NCBI GenBank assembly: GCA_963829525.1
Contig: CAWHIJ010000003.1
Location: 640,001-704,000, forward strand
Origin: an uncultured Actinomycetota bacterium
Lineage (GTDB): Bacteria > Actinomycetota > Actinomycetes > JAHEKZ01
DNA length: 64,000 nucleotides
Direction: 5' to 3'
Part shown: in pieces, positions 48,738-58,405 of the stretch
Numbering within the stretch: position 1 is the stretch's first letter
How the letters are laid out: each line of letters begins with the position of its first letter
Notes under the pieces: generated by a model
The model's database searches: none
The model's input: only the letters and a program-made list of their open reading frames with translations
Told to the model about the DNA's origin: nothing
Made by a program: the position numbers and the translations under genes

Positions 48738-50213
48738 ATGCGCCGCGTCGTTCCGTTGCTGCTCTTGGGATGCGTCTTGGCGGTGGCCGGATGCAGTGGG
48801 ACTCCCGGCCCATCAGCAGACTCCGACCCGCAATCGGGTGCGGTACTGGAGTTGGGCGGCAAGGCCGACGAAGTCGCCGAAGAGGCGAATCTGACCGAGG
48901 AGCGACTTGACGCACTGGCCGCGGCAAGATCCTCCGGAGACTTTGGTGCGGCGCCGCTGGCTCCGATCCGCGCGAACGGATGGTCCGGTGAGCAGCTGCT
49001 GAACCCGAAGACAGACGATTGGGAGCCGGCGCTGGCGGCCGACCCCAACGAGCCGTACGTCTACCTGACCACCACGCGCTACGGCGCTGGCAAGACCTGC
49101 GCCAAGCACTGCCCGTCGCCCTATCTTGCTACGACGATCTCAACCGATGGTGGCGCCACATGGGGTGAGCAGGTGCCGCTCTGCGTCTGCCGTGGTGCAG
49201 GTGGGCAGTACGACCCCACGATGGAGGTTGTGCCGAAGAACGGGTTTGTCTACTCGGTCTTCCTCAACGGCGATCGCGCTGGTGCCTTCTCGGCGTCGTT
49301 CATCAAGTCAACCGACCATGGTCGTACGTGGACCGACCCGGTCCACGTCTACGGGCACGTCTCGTGGACCGACAAGCCGGAAGTCACCATGAGCCCGAAC
49401 GGCAAGGACGTCTATGTCTCGTGGAACGGGCCCCAGGGCGGTGACCTCTACGTAGGCGTCTCGCACGACTACGGCAAGACCTGGTCACACGAGAAGCTCA
49501 CCACGTCGAAACGCTACTACTACGCATATGACGCGACCGTGCTGCCGGACGGCGTGGTGATGTTTGCAGAAAGCAGTGTCGTGTATGGAGGTCCGGGGCA
49601 GTCAGTCAGTGGACCGATTTGGCACCACGCGGTTATCTCCCGCGACCGTGGAGCCAGCTGGGAGAACGTCGTCGTCGCCAAGGTCGCCGGCGGAGAGCCG
49701 TGTGTCGCCCTGGGCTGCGGTAGCGACTACTACACGGGGCAAGCGAGTATCACCAGTGACACGAAGGGCAACGTCGTCTTCGGGTACGAGGGGGCGACGG
49801 TCGATCAGGGGCCGCAGCGCGTGTACGTGAAGACCTCCACCGACGAGGGGAGGTCGTGGGGATCCAGTGTCGCTCTCTCGGTCTCGGGTGAGAACGCGAC
49901 CGGTCCAAGGTTGGCATCGTCAGGCACGGGTGACGCACGAATCTGGTACATGCAGACCTCCAACGGTGACGATCAGGATGCCTGGAATGTTTGGTACCGG
50001 AGCTCTGCAGACGGCGGAAAGTCGTGGAGCTCACCGGTGCGACTCAGTAATGCGACGACCGGTCCTGGGTACAAGTCGGCGGAAGGTTTCGCGGAGATCT
50101 ACGGAGACTACGGCGAGATCGAGGTGACCAGCGCCGGCAATACCGTTGCTGCCTGGGGTGAGGGCTTTGACTACGTCGGACCCGGTGGCACCTGGTTCGC
50201 GGTGCAGAACTAA
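48738..50213 (+). CDS. Asp-box (BNR) repeat lipoprotein, sialidase-like beta-propeller
   Basis: VAGC lipobox; six SxDxGxxW boxes (STDGGATW, STDHGRTW, SHDYGKTW, SRDRGASW, STDEGRSW, SADGGKSW). Confidence 0.82.
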   Translation: MRRVVPLLLLGCVLAVAGCSGTPGPSADSDPQSGAVLELGGKADEVAEEANLTEERLDALAAARSSGDFGAAPLAPIRANGWSGEQLLNPKTDDWEPALAADPNEPYVYLTTTRYGAGKTCAKHCPSPYLATTISTDGGATWGEQVPLCVCRGAGGQYDPTMEVVPKNGFVYSVFLNGDRAGAFSASFIKSTDHGRTWTDPVHVYGHVSWTDKPEVTMSPNGKDVYVSWNGPQGGDLYVGVSHDYGKTWSHEKLTTSKRYYYAYDATVLPDGVVMFAESSVVYGGPGQSVSGPIWHHAVISRDRGASWENVVVAKVAGGEPCVALGCGSDYYTGQASITSDTKGNVVFGYEGATVDQGPQRVYVKTSTDEGRSWGSSVALSVSGENATGPRLASSGTGDARIWYMQTSNGDDQDAWNVWYRSSADGGKSWSSPVRLSNATTGPGYKSAEGFAEIYGDYGEIEVTSAGNTVAAWGEGFDYVGPGGTWFAVQN

Positions 50214-50324
50214 GAGGCGCACGGGGTCTGCCGCGATTTGCCTATCTGTCGTTCGCTGAAAGGCTCGGGACGGTAGGTTTCTCCAAAGTAGACGTCACAC
50301 TTGCCGCACAGATGGGTGTCTCCG

Positions 50325-50513
50325 ATGAAGTTCATCGCCTGGTTGATCGCTGTCCTTACCGCGGGCTACATGGTCCCGTGGGCTATCGCGGTTACGCGAT
50401 CGAAGTCGAACACGGGCAAGGTTCTGGTCGTGAACCTGCTGTTGGGTTGGACCTTGATCGGTTGGGTGTGGGCCCTGGTCATGTCACTTGGAGACGAACC
50501 CTCGACTGTCTGA
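50325..50513 (+). CDS. Superinfection immunity protein (T4 Imm-like small membrane protein)
   Basis: Y..P..IA..R...NLLLGWTLIGWVWAL signature; 62 aa. Confidence 0.8.
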   Translation: MKFIAWLIAVLTAGYMVPWAIAVTRSKSNTGKVLVVNLLLGWTLIGWVWALVMSLGDEPSTV

Positions 50514-50523
50514 CGTCGCCTGG

Positions 50524-51450
50524 TCAGTGTGCCTCCTGGGCTCGCTTGTCGATCTCCAGATCCGGCCGGCTTCGCCCTCGGTGCACTGCAGCCATTGAGT
50601 CGATGGCCAAGATGACCAGGGCTGACCAGACGAGGGCAAATCCGACCCAGCGGGATGCCGGCATGGGTTCGTTGTAGACGAACACGCCGATGAGGAACTG
50701 CAAGATCGGGGCGGAGTACTGGAGCAGTCCGATCCAAGTGAGGGGAATCCGGGTAGCGGCGGCCCCGAAGAAGAGCAGCGGGATGACCGTGATCACCCCG
50801 AGGGATGCTAAGAGGGCAGCCATCTGCGGACCCTCTGTCGCCATCGCACTCGATCCGGTGACGAGCAGAAAGCCGAGGTACGCGGCGGCCACCGGAGCGA
50901 GAATCGCAGTCTCGGCTGAAAGGCTCTCGACTGCTCCCATGTCGAGTGTCTTCTTGAGCAGGCCGTAGGTGCCAAAGCTGACCGCCAGCGTCAGTGCTAT
51001 CCAGGGAAGTCCTCCGTAGTCGAGCGTGAGAACGATCACGGCGACCCCGCCGAGTGCAACGGCGGCCCACTGGATGGCCCGCAGCCTCTCGTTGAACACA
51101 ACGACACCGAACAACACGCTTACCAGAGGGTTGATGAAGTAGCCCAGTGACGTTTGGACCACCTGGTCGCTGTTGACACCGTAGATGTAGACCCCCCAGT
51201 TGACGGCGATGGTCACGGCAGCAGCTGGGAGCAGCAACATCCGTCGCCGATCACCAAGCAACGGCCGGATCCATGACCATCGGCCCGTGACGGCGAGGAC
51301 GATGAGCAGGAAGGCCAGAGACCAGACGACCCGGTGAGCCAGGATCTCAAGCGGGGTGGTCGGCTCAAGAAGCGGGAAGTACAGCGGGAAGACGCCCCAC
51401 AGCAGGTAGGCGCTCAAGCCATAGATAAGTCCACGACGGCGCTCAGGCAC
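50524..51450 (-). CDS. rarD: EamA family transporter RarD
   Basis: AYLLWG..PLY, HRVVWS, SLGYFINPL, GLLQY. Confidence 0.92.
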   Translation of the reverse strand: MPERRRGLIYGLSAYLLWGVFPLYFPLLEPTTPLEILAHRVVWSLAFLLIVLAVTGRWSWIRPLLGDRRRMLLLPAAAVTIAVNWGVYIYGVNSDQVVQTSLGYFINPLVSVLFGVVVFNERLRAIQWAAVALGGVAVIVLTLDYGGLPWIALTLAVSFGTYGLLKKTLDMGAVESLSAETAILAPVAAAYLGFLLVTGSSAMATEGPQMAALLASLGVITVIPLLFFGAAATRIPLTWIGLLQYSAPILQFLIGVFVYNEPMPASRWVGFALVWSALVILAIDSMAAVHRGRSRPDLEIDKRAQEAH

Positions 51451-51488
51451 GACGTCATCTTGTCACCCGGCGAGAAGCGGCCAGTTGG

Positions 51489-52601
51489 TCAGGCCTCAAC
51501 GGTCCAGGTGTCTTTACCCGCAATCAGGTCTTCGAGTACCGGTCGGTCACCGATTCCCTGGTCGTCGACCGCAGCGGCGATCTGTTCGTGGAGCAGGTCG
51601 TCATAGGTGGCGCGGTGCACGTCTCGGTAGACCCCGATGGCGGTGGTGCGCAGCGAGCTCGGGTCTGCGAGTCGGGAGAGCGCGAAGGCGACCTCCGGAT
51701 TGGGAGCATGAGCATCGTGGACGATCAGCCGCTTGGTGCCGTACTCGGCTGCATCCACGACACGCAAAGTGCCATCGGGCATCCGGGCAACGCCATGCTG
51801 GCCCTCGGCTCCGAAGCGCACCGGCTCACCATGCTCGAGTCTGATCACCGCATCGTCCTTGGTGTCGGGCGACTTCAGCAGCTCGAATGCGCCGTCATTG
51901 AATATGTTGCAATTCTGGTAGATCTCGACGAGGGCGGTTCCGCGATGGTGCGCCGCTGCTCGCAGAACTCCGGTGAGGTGCTTGCGGTCTGAGTCGATCG
52001 TGCGTGCCACGAAGGAGGCCTCAGCGCCCAGCGCGAGAGACACCGGGTTGAACGGGACGTCGAGCGAGCCGAGCGGCGTCGATTTGGTGACTTTGCCCTG
52101 CTCCGAGGTTGGCGAGTACTGGCCCTTCGTCAGCCCGTAGATGCGGTTGTTGAAGAGCAGTACCTTGAGGTTGACGTTCCTGCGCAGGGCATGGATCAGG
52201 TGATTGCCGCCGATCGAAAGCGCGTCGCCGTCACCGGTGACGACCCAGACCGAGAGGTCGGGACGCGAAATGGCCAGCCCCGTGGCGATGGCAGGAGCCC
52301 GGCCATGGATGGAGTGCATGCCGTAGGTGTTCATGTAATACGGAAAGCGAGACGAGCACCCGATTCCCGAGACGAAGACGATGTTCTCGCGGCGGATGTT
52401 GAGTTCGGGTAGGAACGACTGAACGGCTGCCAGCACCGCGTAGTCGCCGCAGCCGGGACACCAGCGCACCTCCTGGTCAGTCTTGAAGTCCTTGGTGGTC
52501 AATGGTTCGTCGACCGTTGGGACTCCGGCGAGCGGATCGACGTGTGAGTTCTTGCCAGCCGCAGCGGCGATGAGCCCGAACCCGGGCGCTGGGCTATTCA
52601 T
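51489..52601 (-). CDS. 2-oxoacid:ferredoxin oxidoreductase beta subunit
   Basis: WCPGCGD, SGIGCS, GDGD...NN, YGLTKGQ. Confidence 0.95.
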   Translation of the reverse strand: MNSPAPGFGLIAAAAGKNSHVDPLAGVPTVDEPLTTKDFKTDQEVRWCPGCGDYAVLAAVQSFLPELNIRRENIVFVSGIGCSSRFPYYMNTYGMHSIHGRAPAIATGLAISRPDLSVWVVTGDGDALSIGGNHLIHALRRNVNLKVLLFNNRIYGLTKGQYSPTSEQGKVTKSTPLGSLDVPFNPVSLALGAEASFVARTIDSDRKHLTGVLRAAAHHRGTALVEIYQNCNIFNDGAFELLKSPDTKDDAVIRLEHGEPVRFGAEGQHGVARMPDGTLRVVDAAEYGTKRLIVHDAHAPNPEVAFALSRLADPSSLRTTAIGVYRDVHRATYDDLLHEQIAAAVDDQGIGDRPVLEDLIAGKDTWTVEA

Positions 52602-54456
52602 CGGTGGCTGCCTCCTGGATCACAGATGCGAGCTCGGCTGCCTTGAACGGTAAACCACGCACCTGCGTGTATGACACGACGTCGACGAGGAACCGTCCGC
52701 GCAGCAGCAGAGCCAACTGCCCAAGGTTCATCTCGGGGAGCAGGACCTTGCGGTAGCCCTTCAGCACTTGCTCAGTGTTCTCCGGAAACGGGTTGAGATG
52801 ACGGAAGTGAGCTTGGGCAACGTGCAGACCAGCGTCTCGACAGCGCCGAACGGCTGCGCCGATAGGTCCGTAGGTGGACCCCCAACCGAGCACCAGAATG
52901 TCGGCGTCACCGTCAGGGTCGTCGACTTCGAGGCGAGGAATGGACGCAGCGATACGGTCCACCTTGGCTTGGCGGGTGCGCACCATCAAGTCGTGATTGG
53001 CTGGGTCGTATGAGACGTTGCCGCTGCCGTCTTGCTTCTCGAGGCCGCCGATGCGGTGCTCCAACCCGGCGGTGCCAGGCGCGGCCCACGCACGAGCGAG
53101 CGTCTGGGAGTCGCGCAGGTACGGCCAGAACTCCTCTGTGCCGTTGGCCGCTACGTGGTTGGCGACGATCGCGAAATCGGGATCGATCGGTGGAAGATCA
53201 TCGAGGTCAGGCAGCCGCCAAGGTTCTGAGCCATTGGCCAGGTATCCGTCGGACAGCACGATCACGGGTGTCCGATACGTCACGGCGATCCGCACCGCCT
53301 CCACGGCAGCGCTGAAGCAGTCGCTGGGGGAGCGCGGGGCGACTACTGGTACAGGTGCCTCGCCGTTCCTGCCGTATAGAGCCTGCAGCAGATCTGACTG
53401 CTCGGTCTTGGTGGGCAAGCCGGTCGATGGTCCACCACGCTGGATGTCGCAAATGACCAGCGGCAGCTCAAGCGAGACGGCCAGTCCTACCGTTTCCGCC
53501 TTGAGCGCCAGTCCGGGGCCGGACGTCGTGGTGACCCCGAGGTGTCCGCCGAATGCTGCGCCGAGTGCAGCGCCAACGCCAGCTATCTCGTCTTCGGCTT
53601 GAAAGGTGCGCACGCCGAACCGCTTGTGCTTGCTCAGCTCATGGAGGATGTCTGAAGCCGGGGTGATTGGGTAGGACCCGAGAAACAGAGGGAGCGATGA
53701 TCGCCACGAGGCGGCCAGCAGCCCGTACGCCATTGCGAGGTTTCCACTGATGTTGCGGTAGCGGCCCGGGCGTACCGGCGCCGGTTTGATCTCGTAGGAG
53801 ACCGAGAAGTCTTCGGTTGTCTCGCCAAAGCTCCAGCCGGCTTCGAAGGCGATGGTGTTTGCGCGCAGGAGCTCAGGCTTGCTGGCGAACTTCTTCTTGA
53901 GGAATTCGATGGTTCCCTCGGTCGGGCGGTGGTACAGCCAGCACAGCAGCCCGAGAGCAAACATGTTCTTCGCCCGCTCGGCATCCTTGCGGGTCACGTC
54001 AACGCCCTTGAGCGCTTCGACGGTCATCGAGGTGAGGGGGATGGCGTGCACCCGGTAGGCGTCGAGAGCACCGGCTTCCAGAGGGTTCTCGAGGTAGCCG
54101 ACCCGTGCCAGGTTGCGCTTGGTGAACTCGTCGGTGTTGACGATGAGGTCCGAGCCCCTCGGCAGGTCGGGGAGGTTGGCCTTGAGGGCGGCCGGGTTCA
54201 TCGCTACCAGGACGTTGGGGGAGTCCCCCGGAGTCATGATGTCGTGATCGGCGAAGTGCAGCTGGAAGGCCGAGACCCCAGGGAGAGTTCCTGCTGGCGC
54301 CCTGATCTCAGCCGGGAAGTCCGGCAAGGTAGCCAGGTCGTTGCCCAGCAGGGCCGTCTCACTGGTGAAGCGGTCACCGGTCAACTGCATGCCATCGCCA
54401 CTGTCACCTGCGAACCGAATGATCACTCGATCCAGCTGCACTACCTGCTTGGCCAC
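52594..54456 (-). CDS. 2-oxoacid:acceptor oxidoreductase alpha subunit
   Basis: GDSGDG, YPITP, QAEDE, TSGPG, QRGGPSTG. Confidence 0.95.
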   Translation of the reverse strand: MAKQVVQLDRVIIRFAGDSGDGMQLTGDRFTSETALLGNDLATLPDFPAEIRAPAGTLPGVSAFQLHFADHDIMTPGDSPNVLVAMNPAALKANLPDLPRGSDLIVNTDEFTKRNLARVGYLENPLEAGALDAYRVHAIPLTSMTVEALKGVDVTRKDAERAKNMFALGLLCWLYHRPTEGTIEFLKKKFASKPELLRANTIAFEAGWSFGETTEDFSVSYEIKPAPVRPGRYRNISGNLAMAYGLLAASWRSSLPLFLGSYPITPASDILHELSKHKRFGVRTFQAEDEIAGVGAALGAAFGGHLGVTTTSGPGLALKAETVGLAVSLELPLVICDIQRGGPSTGLPTKTEQSDLLQALYGRNGEAPVPVVAPRSPSDCFSAAVEAVRIAVTYRTPVIVLSDGYLANGSEPWRLPDLDDLPPIDPDFAIVANHVAANGTEEFWPYLRDSQTLARAWAAPGTAGLEHRIGGLEKQDGSGNVSYDPANHDLMVRTRQAKVDRIAASIPRLEVDDPDGDADILVLGWGSTYGPIGAAVRRCRDAGLHVAQAHFRHLNPFPENTEQVLKGYRKVLLPEMNLGQLALLLRGRFLVDVVSYTQVRGLPFKAAELASVIQEAATDE

Positions 54457-54536
54457 GGTCTGATGCTACGTCCAGGCTGACCCCTACGATGGGTCGCCTA
54501 GTGCCTTGAGGCATAAATCACGCGGAGGAGGGCGGC

Positions 54537-54911
54537 ATGGACGACGGGTATATGGGCGGCTACGCGGTCATCGCCGCAGCCGTGGCCCTCGGCGTCATCT
54601 TCGTCGCGACCGGGCTGCTGGCGAACCGGCTGCTCCGCCCGGTGGTGGTCACCGCCGAGAAGTACACCACCTACGAGTGCGGACTTGACCCTGTTGGTGA
54701 CGGATGGGCGCAGACTCATATCCGCTACTACGTCTTCGCCTATCTCTACGTGATCTTCGCCGTTGACGCCGTCTACCTCTTCCCTTGGGCGACGGTCTTC
54801 GACGTAGCCGGGTACGGGCTTGTGACCCTGGTCGAGATGGTCGTCTTCATCGGCTTTCTGGCTACCGGCATCGGGTACGCCTGGCGGCGCGGCGTCCTTA
54901 GGTGGGTGTGA
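54537..54911 (+). CDS. nuoA: Complex-I-like subunit A (second copy)
   Basis: YECG, FAVD, three TM segments; GGAGG RBS. Confidence 0.9.
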   Translation: MDDGYMGGYAVIAAAVALGVIFVATGLLANRLLRPVVVTAEKYTTYECGLDPVGDGWAQTHIRYYVFAYLYVIFAVDAVYLFPWATVFDVAGYGLVTLVEMVVFIGFLATGIGYAWRRGVLRWV

Positions 54912-54912
54912 G

Positions 54913-55458
54913 GTGACGGCCGTCGATCTCCCGGCTCCGCGAGTCGGTGCGCTGTCCTCCCTGGCGCCCAAGCCGGTGCGCCTGGTGCTCAACTGGGGAA
55001 GGCGCTACAGCCTCTGGGTCTTCAACTTCGGGCTCGCCTGCTGCGCCATCGAGTTCATCGCAACCTCGATGAGCCGGTACGACTTCATTCGCCTTGGCGT
55101 CATTCCGTTCGCGCCGAGTCCTCGACAGGCCGACCTGATGGTGGTCTCCGGCACGGTGACAGACAAGATGGCGCCGGCGATCAAGCGACTCTATGAGCAG
55201 ATGCCCGAGCCCAAGTACGTCATCTCGTTCGGCGCCTGCTCCAACTGCGGCGGCCCCTACTGGGACAGCTACTCGGTGACCAAGGGTGTCGACCAGATCA
55301 TCCCTGTCGACGTCTACGTTCCGGGCTGCCCGCCTCGCCCGGAGGCGCTGCTCCAGGGAATCCTGAAGCTGCAGGAGAAGATCGCCGATGAGAATGTCGG
55401 CACTCGGTATCGGCCTTCGGCGGATGCTCTCAGGCGACCACTGGTGGAATCGTCGTGA
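54913..55458 (+). CDS. nuoB: Complex-I-like subunit B (second copy)
   Basis: [21 protein letters not shown]. Confidence 0.93.
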   Translation: MTAVDLPAPRVGALSSLAPKPVRLVLNWGRRYSLWVFNFGLACCAIEFIATSMSRYDFIRLGVIPFAPSPRQADLMVVSGTVTDKMAPAIKRLYEQMPEPKYVISFGACSNCGGPYWDSYSVTKGVDQIIPVDVYVPGCPPRPEALLQGILKLQEKIADENVGTRYRPSADALRRPLVESS

Positions 55459-56063
55459 GAATGGCAGGCGACACCGCCTCGCGATGGTCCGACATGGATG
55501 CGCTATTGGCGGCAGCTGCTGCGGCGGGTATCGACGCCGAGGTCAGCGAGAGTTTCGGCGACGTCACGGTGTCCTTCCGGCCAGATGAGTGGGTCGCCGG
55601 ATTGACGATGCTCCGCGACCGGCTGGCGCTCTCGTACTTCGACTGGTTGTCGGCAGTCGACGAAGGCGGCTCGGAGGGGTTCAGCGTCTTCTGTCACCTT
55701 TACGACCCGAGCAGTCGTGGCCACCTGCTCGCTCGCACGACGCTGGCGGCAGACGATGCGTCGCTGGCCACGGCCACCGGGGTCTTCCGCGGTGCTGCCT
55801 GGCACGAGCGCGAGACGCACGAGATGTTCGGGATCGATTTCCCCGGCCATCCGCACCTGGTGACACTGCTGCTCTCGGATGAGTTCATCGGGCATCCGCT
55901 TCGCAAGGACTTCGTGCTCACCGCAAGGGCATCAAAGTCCTGGCCGGGGGCCAAGGAGCCCGGTGAGTCCAGTGAGGGCACTCCGAGCCGGCGCAAGATG
56001 CAGCCCCCTGGCGTTCCTGACCCGGCCTGGGGCCCGCACAACGATGGTGGGGCAGATGACTGA
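55455..56063 (+). CDS. nuoC: Complex-I-like subunit C (second copy)
   Basis: [25 protein letters not shown]. Confidence 0.9.
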   Translation: MRMAGDTASRWSDMDALLAAAAAAGIDAEVSESFGDVTVSFRPDEWVAGLTMLRDRLALSYFDWLSAVDEGGSEGFSVFCHLYDPSSRGHLLARTTLAADDASLATATGVFRGAAWHERETHEMFGIDFPGHPHLVTLLLSDEFIGHPLRKDFVLTARASKSWPGAKEPGESSEGTPSRRKMQPPGVPDPAWGPHNDGGADD

Positions 56064-57006
56064 CGCCCTCGAGGCTGCGCTCGGCCTCTTCGTCGTCTTC
56101 GCTGCCTTCCTCGTCCTTCCTTTGCTCGTCGGGCAGCTCGAGCACAAGGTGATGGCGCACATGCAGGCCAGGGTTGGTCCGATGTACGCGGGGGGCTTTC
56201 ACGGCTGGGCCCAGCTGGTCGCCGATGGCGTGAAGTTCGCCCAGAAGGAAGAGGTCGTCCCGGCTGCCGCTGACCGCACCATCTTCCGGCTTGCGCCTGC
56301 GCTCGCCCTGATCCCCTACTTCGTTGCCATGGTTGCCATCCCCATCGGCCCCGGCCTCGTAGGTCAGGAAATCGATGCTGGAGTCTTCTTCGTCCTTGCC
56401 GTCATGGGAGTCGGTGTCATCGGAACGCTGATGGCTGGGTGGGCGAGCGCAAACAAGTACTCGCTCCTTGGGGCCGTCCGCCAGGTCTCGCAGCTCATGG
56501 CGTACGAGCTGCCATTTGTGCTCGCGGCTGCGTCGGTTGTGGTGGCTGCAGGGTCGCTAGGGTTCACCGATATCGTCGACGCGTGGCAGCCGTGGTGGCT
56601 GATCTGGCAGCTCCCTGCTGGCGTGGTCTTCTTCGTCGCCGGTCTGGCCGAGTTGAACCGCCCGCCCTTCGACATGCCGATCGCGGATGCCGAGATCATC
56701 TTCGGCCCGTACACCGAGTACACCGGCTTGAGGTTCGCCCTCTTCCTGCTCGCCGAGTACGCAGGCATCGTCCTGCTGTGCTTCCTCACCGCGGTGCTCT
56801 TCCTGGGCGGTTGGAACGGTCCTTTCAGTGATTCATGGCTTTGGACGTTCGCGAAGGCCGGAGTGCTCGCTTTCGTGGTCATCTGGCTCCGCGTGAGCTA
56901 CCCCCGACTCCGGGCTGACCAGCTGCAGAAGCTCGCCTGGCAGGTTCTCATCCCAGTGGCGCTGGCTCAGCTGCTCCTGACCGGGGTGGTGACGGTCGCG
57001 TGGTGA
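56056..57006 (+). CDS. nuoH: Complex-I-like subunit H (second copy)
   Basis: ADGVKF..KE, RPPFDMP.A..E, PRLRADQ. Confidence 0.92.
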   Translation: MTDALEAALGLFVVFAAFLVLPLLVGQLEHKVMAHMQARVGPMYAGGFHGWAQLVADGVKFAQKEEVVPAAADRTIFRLAPALALIPYFVAMVAIPIGPGLVGQEIDAGVFFVLAVMGVGVIGTLMAGWASANKYSLLGAVRQVSQLMAYELPFVLAAASVVVAAGSLGFTDIVDAWQPWWLIWQLPAGVVFFVAGLAELNRPPFDMPIADAEIIFGPYTEYTGLRFALFLLAEYAGIVLLCFLTAVLFLGGWNGPFSDSWLWTFAKAGVLAFVVIWLRVSYPRLRADQLQKLAWQVLIPVALAQLLLTGVVTVAW

Positions 57007-57566
57007 AGGACGGCGGCGAGAGATCCGGTGGTAACGGCATCGGACTTTTCAAGGGGCTGGGAATCACCTTGTCCACGATGACGAAACGGTCGATCACTGA
57101 GCAGTACCCCGACGTTCAGCCGGAGCTCCCGCCGAGAAGCCGGGGGGTCATCGCACTGTTCGAAGAGAACTGCACTTCCTGCATGCTCTGTGCTCGTGAG
57201 TGCCCCGACTGGTGCATCTACATCGACTCGCACAAAGAGACCATTCCTGCGACTGAAGAGGGTGGTCGTGAGCGTTCGCGAAACGTTCTCGATCGTTTCG
57301 CGATCGACTTCTCCCTCTGCATGTACTGCGGCATCTGCATCGACGTGTGTCCCTTCGATGCCCTCTTCTGGTCTCCCGAGTTCGAGTACTCCGAGTTCGA
57401 CATCCGGAACATGACTCATGAGAAGGATCGGCTAGGGCAGTGGATGGCCACGGTTCCGCCACCCCCGGCGCTCGATCCATCTGCCGCCGAGGCCAAGGAG
57501 CTGCAAGGCGTCCGAAAGAAGGCTGCGGCAGCGACGCCCCCAACCGAGTCGGACGGCGACTCGTGA
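57003..57566 (+). CDS. nuoI: Complex-I-like subunit I (second copy)
   Basis: [12 protein letters not shown] and [12 protein letters not shown]; start could be 57000. Confidence 0.92.
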   Translation: MKDGGERSGGNGIGLFKGLGITLSTMTKRSITEQYPDVQPELPPRSRGVIALFEENCTSCMLCARECPDWCIYIDSHKETIPATEEGGRERSRNVLDRFAIDFSLCMYCGICIDVCPFDALFWSPEFEYSEFDIRNMTHEKDRLGQWMATVPPPPALDPSAAEAKELQGVRKKAAAATPPTESDGDS

Positions 57567-58090
57567 GCGATCGGTCCCTGCTGTCACCGACCGGGGTGGA
57601 CCTAGCCTTCACGCTGCTCGGCCTGGTGGCTGCTGGGTCGGCGCTGATGGTCGTGACAACCAGACAGATCGTGCATGCAGCACTTTGGCTGGTCGTCTCC
57701 CTGGGCGCTGTCGCTGGCTGCTTCCTGGTCATGACGGCCGAGTTCGTTGCGTGGATGCAGGTGCTGATCTACCTCGGAGCGGTGGTCGTCCTGCTGCTCT
57801 TCGGCATGATGCTCACGCGCGCGCCAATTGGTCCGTCCGAAGAGCTCTCCGGCACGAACCGGATTGCCGCCCTCTTCGCTGCTCTTGCGATCGTGACGGT
57901 GCTGGGAGTACTCATCGTTGACGCCTTCGACAGCACGATGATCGACGTCGAAGACCAGAAGTCAACCGCCTCTGTGATTGGTGAGTCGCTCTTCCGCTAC
58001 TGGGTGCTCCCTTTCGAGGCACTATCGGTTCTGCTGCTCTCTGCGCTTGTCGGTGCCATCGCGATCTCCAAGTCGGATGAGGAGGCGTAA
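57563..58090 (+). CDS. nuoJ: Complex-I-like subunit J (second copy)
   Basis: [23 protein letters not shown]. Confidence 0.9.
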   Translation: MSDRSLLSPTGVDLAFTLLGLVAAGSALMVVTTRQIVHAALWLVVSLGAVAGCFLVMTAEFVAWMQVLIYLGAVVVLLLFGMMLTRAPIGPSEELSGTNRIAALFAALAIVTVLGVLIVDAFDSTMIDVEDQKSTASVIGESLFRYWVLPFEALSVLLLSALVGAIAISKSDEEA

Positions 58091-58405
58091 GTGCACCTTT
58101 CGCTTCCGTTGCTCCTCTCCGTAGCGCTCCTCGGGATCGGGGTCTATGGCGTTCTGATTCGGCGTAATGCCATTCTCATCCTCATGTCCGTTGAGCTCAT
58201 GCTCAACGGAGTCAACATCAGCCTGGTCGCCTTCGACGTCTACTGGTCAGATGCGCTTCGCGCCGGACAGTCGTTGGCGATCTTCGTCATCACCATCGCG
58301 GCTGCAGAGATCGGTCTTGGTCTCGCGATCTTGTTGCTGCTCTATCGGGTCCGTCGCACGATCGCGATCGATGAGGCTACCGAGCTGCGTGAGGAAACCA
58401 CATGA
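58091..58405 (+). CDS. nuoK: Complex-I-like subunit K (second copy)
   Basis: RRNAI, VELMLN, IAAAE. Confidence 0.92.
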   Translation: MHLSLPLLLSVALLGIGVYGVLIRRNAILILMSVELMLNGVNISLVAFDVYWSDALRAGQSLAIFVITIAAAEIGLGLAILLLLYRVRRTIAIDEATELREETT

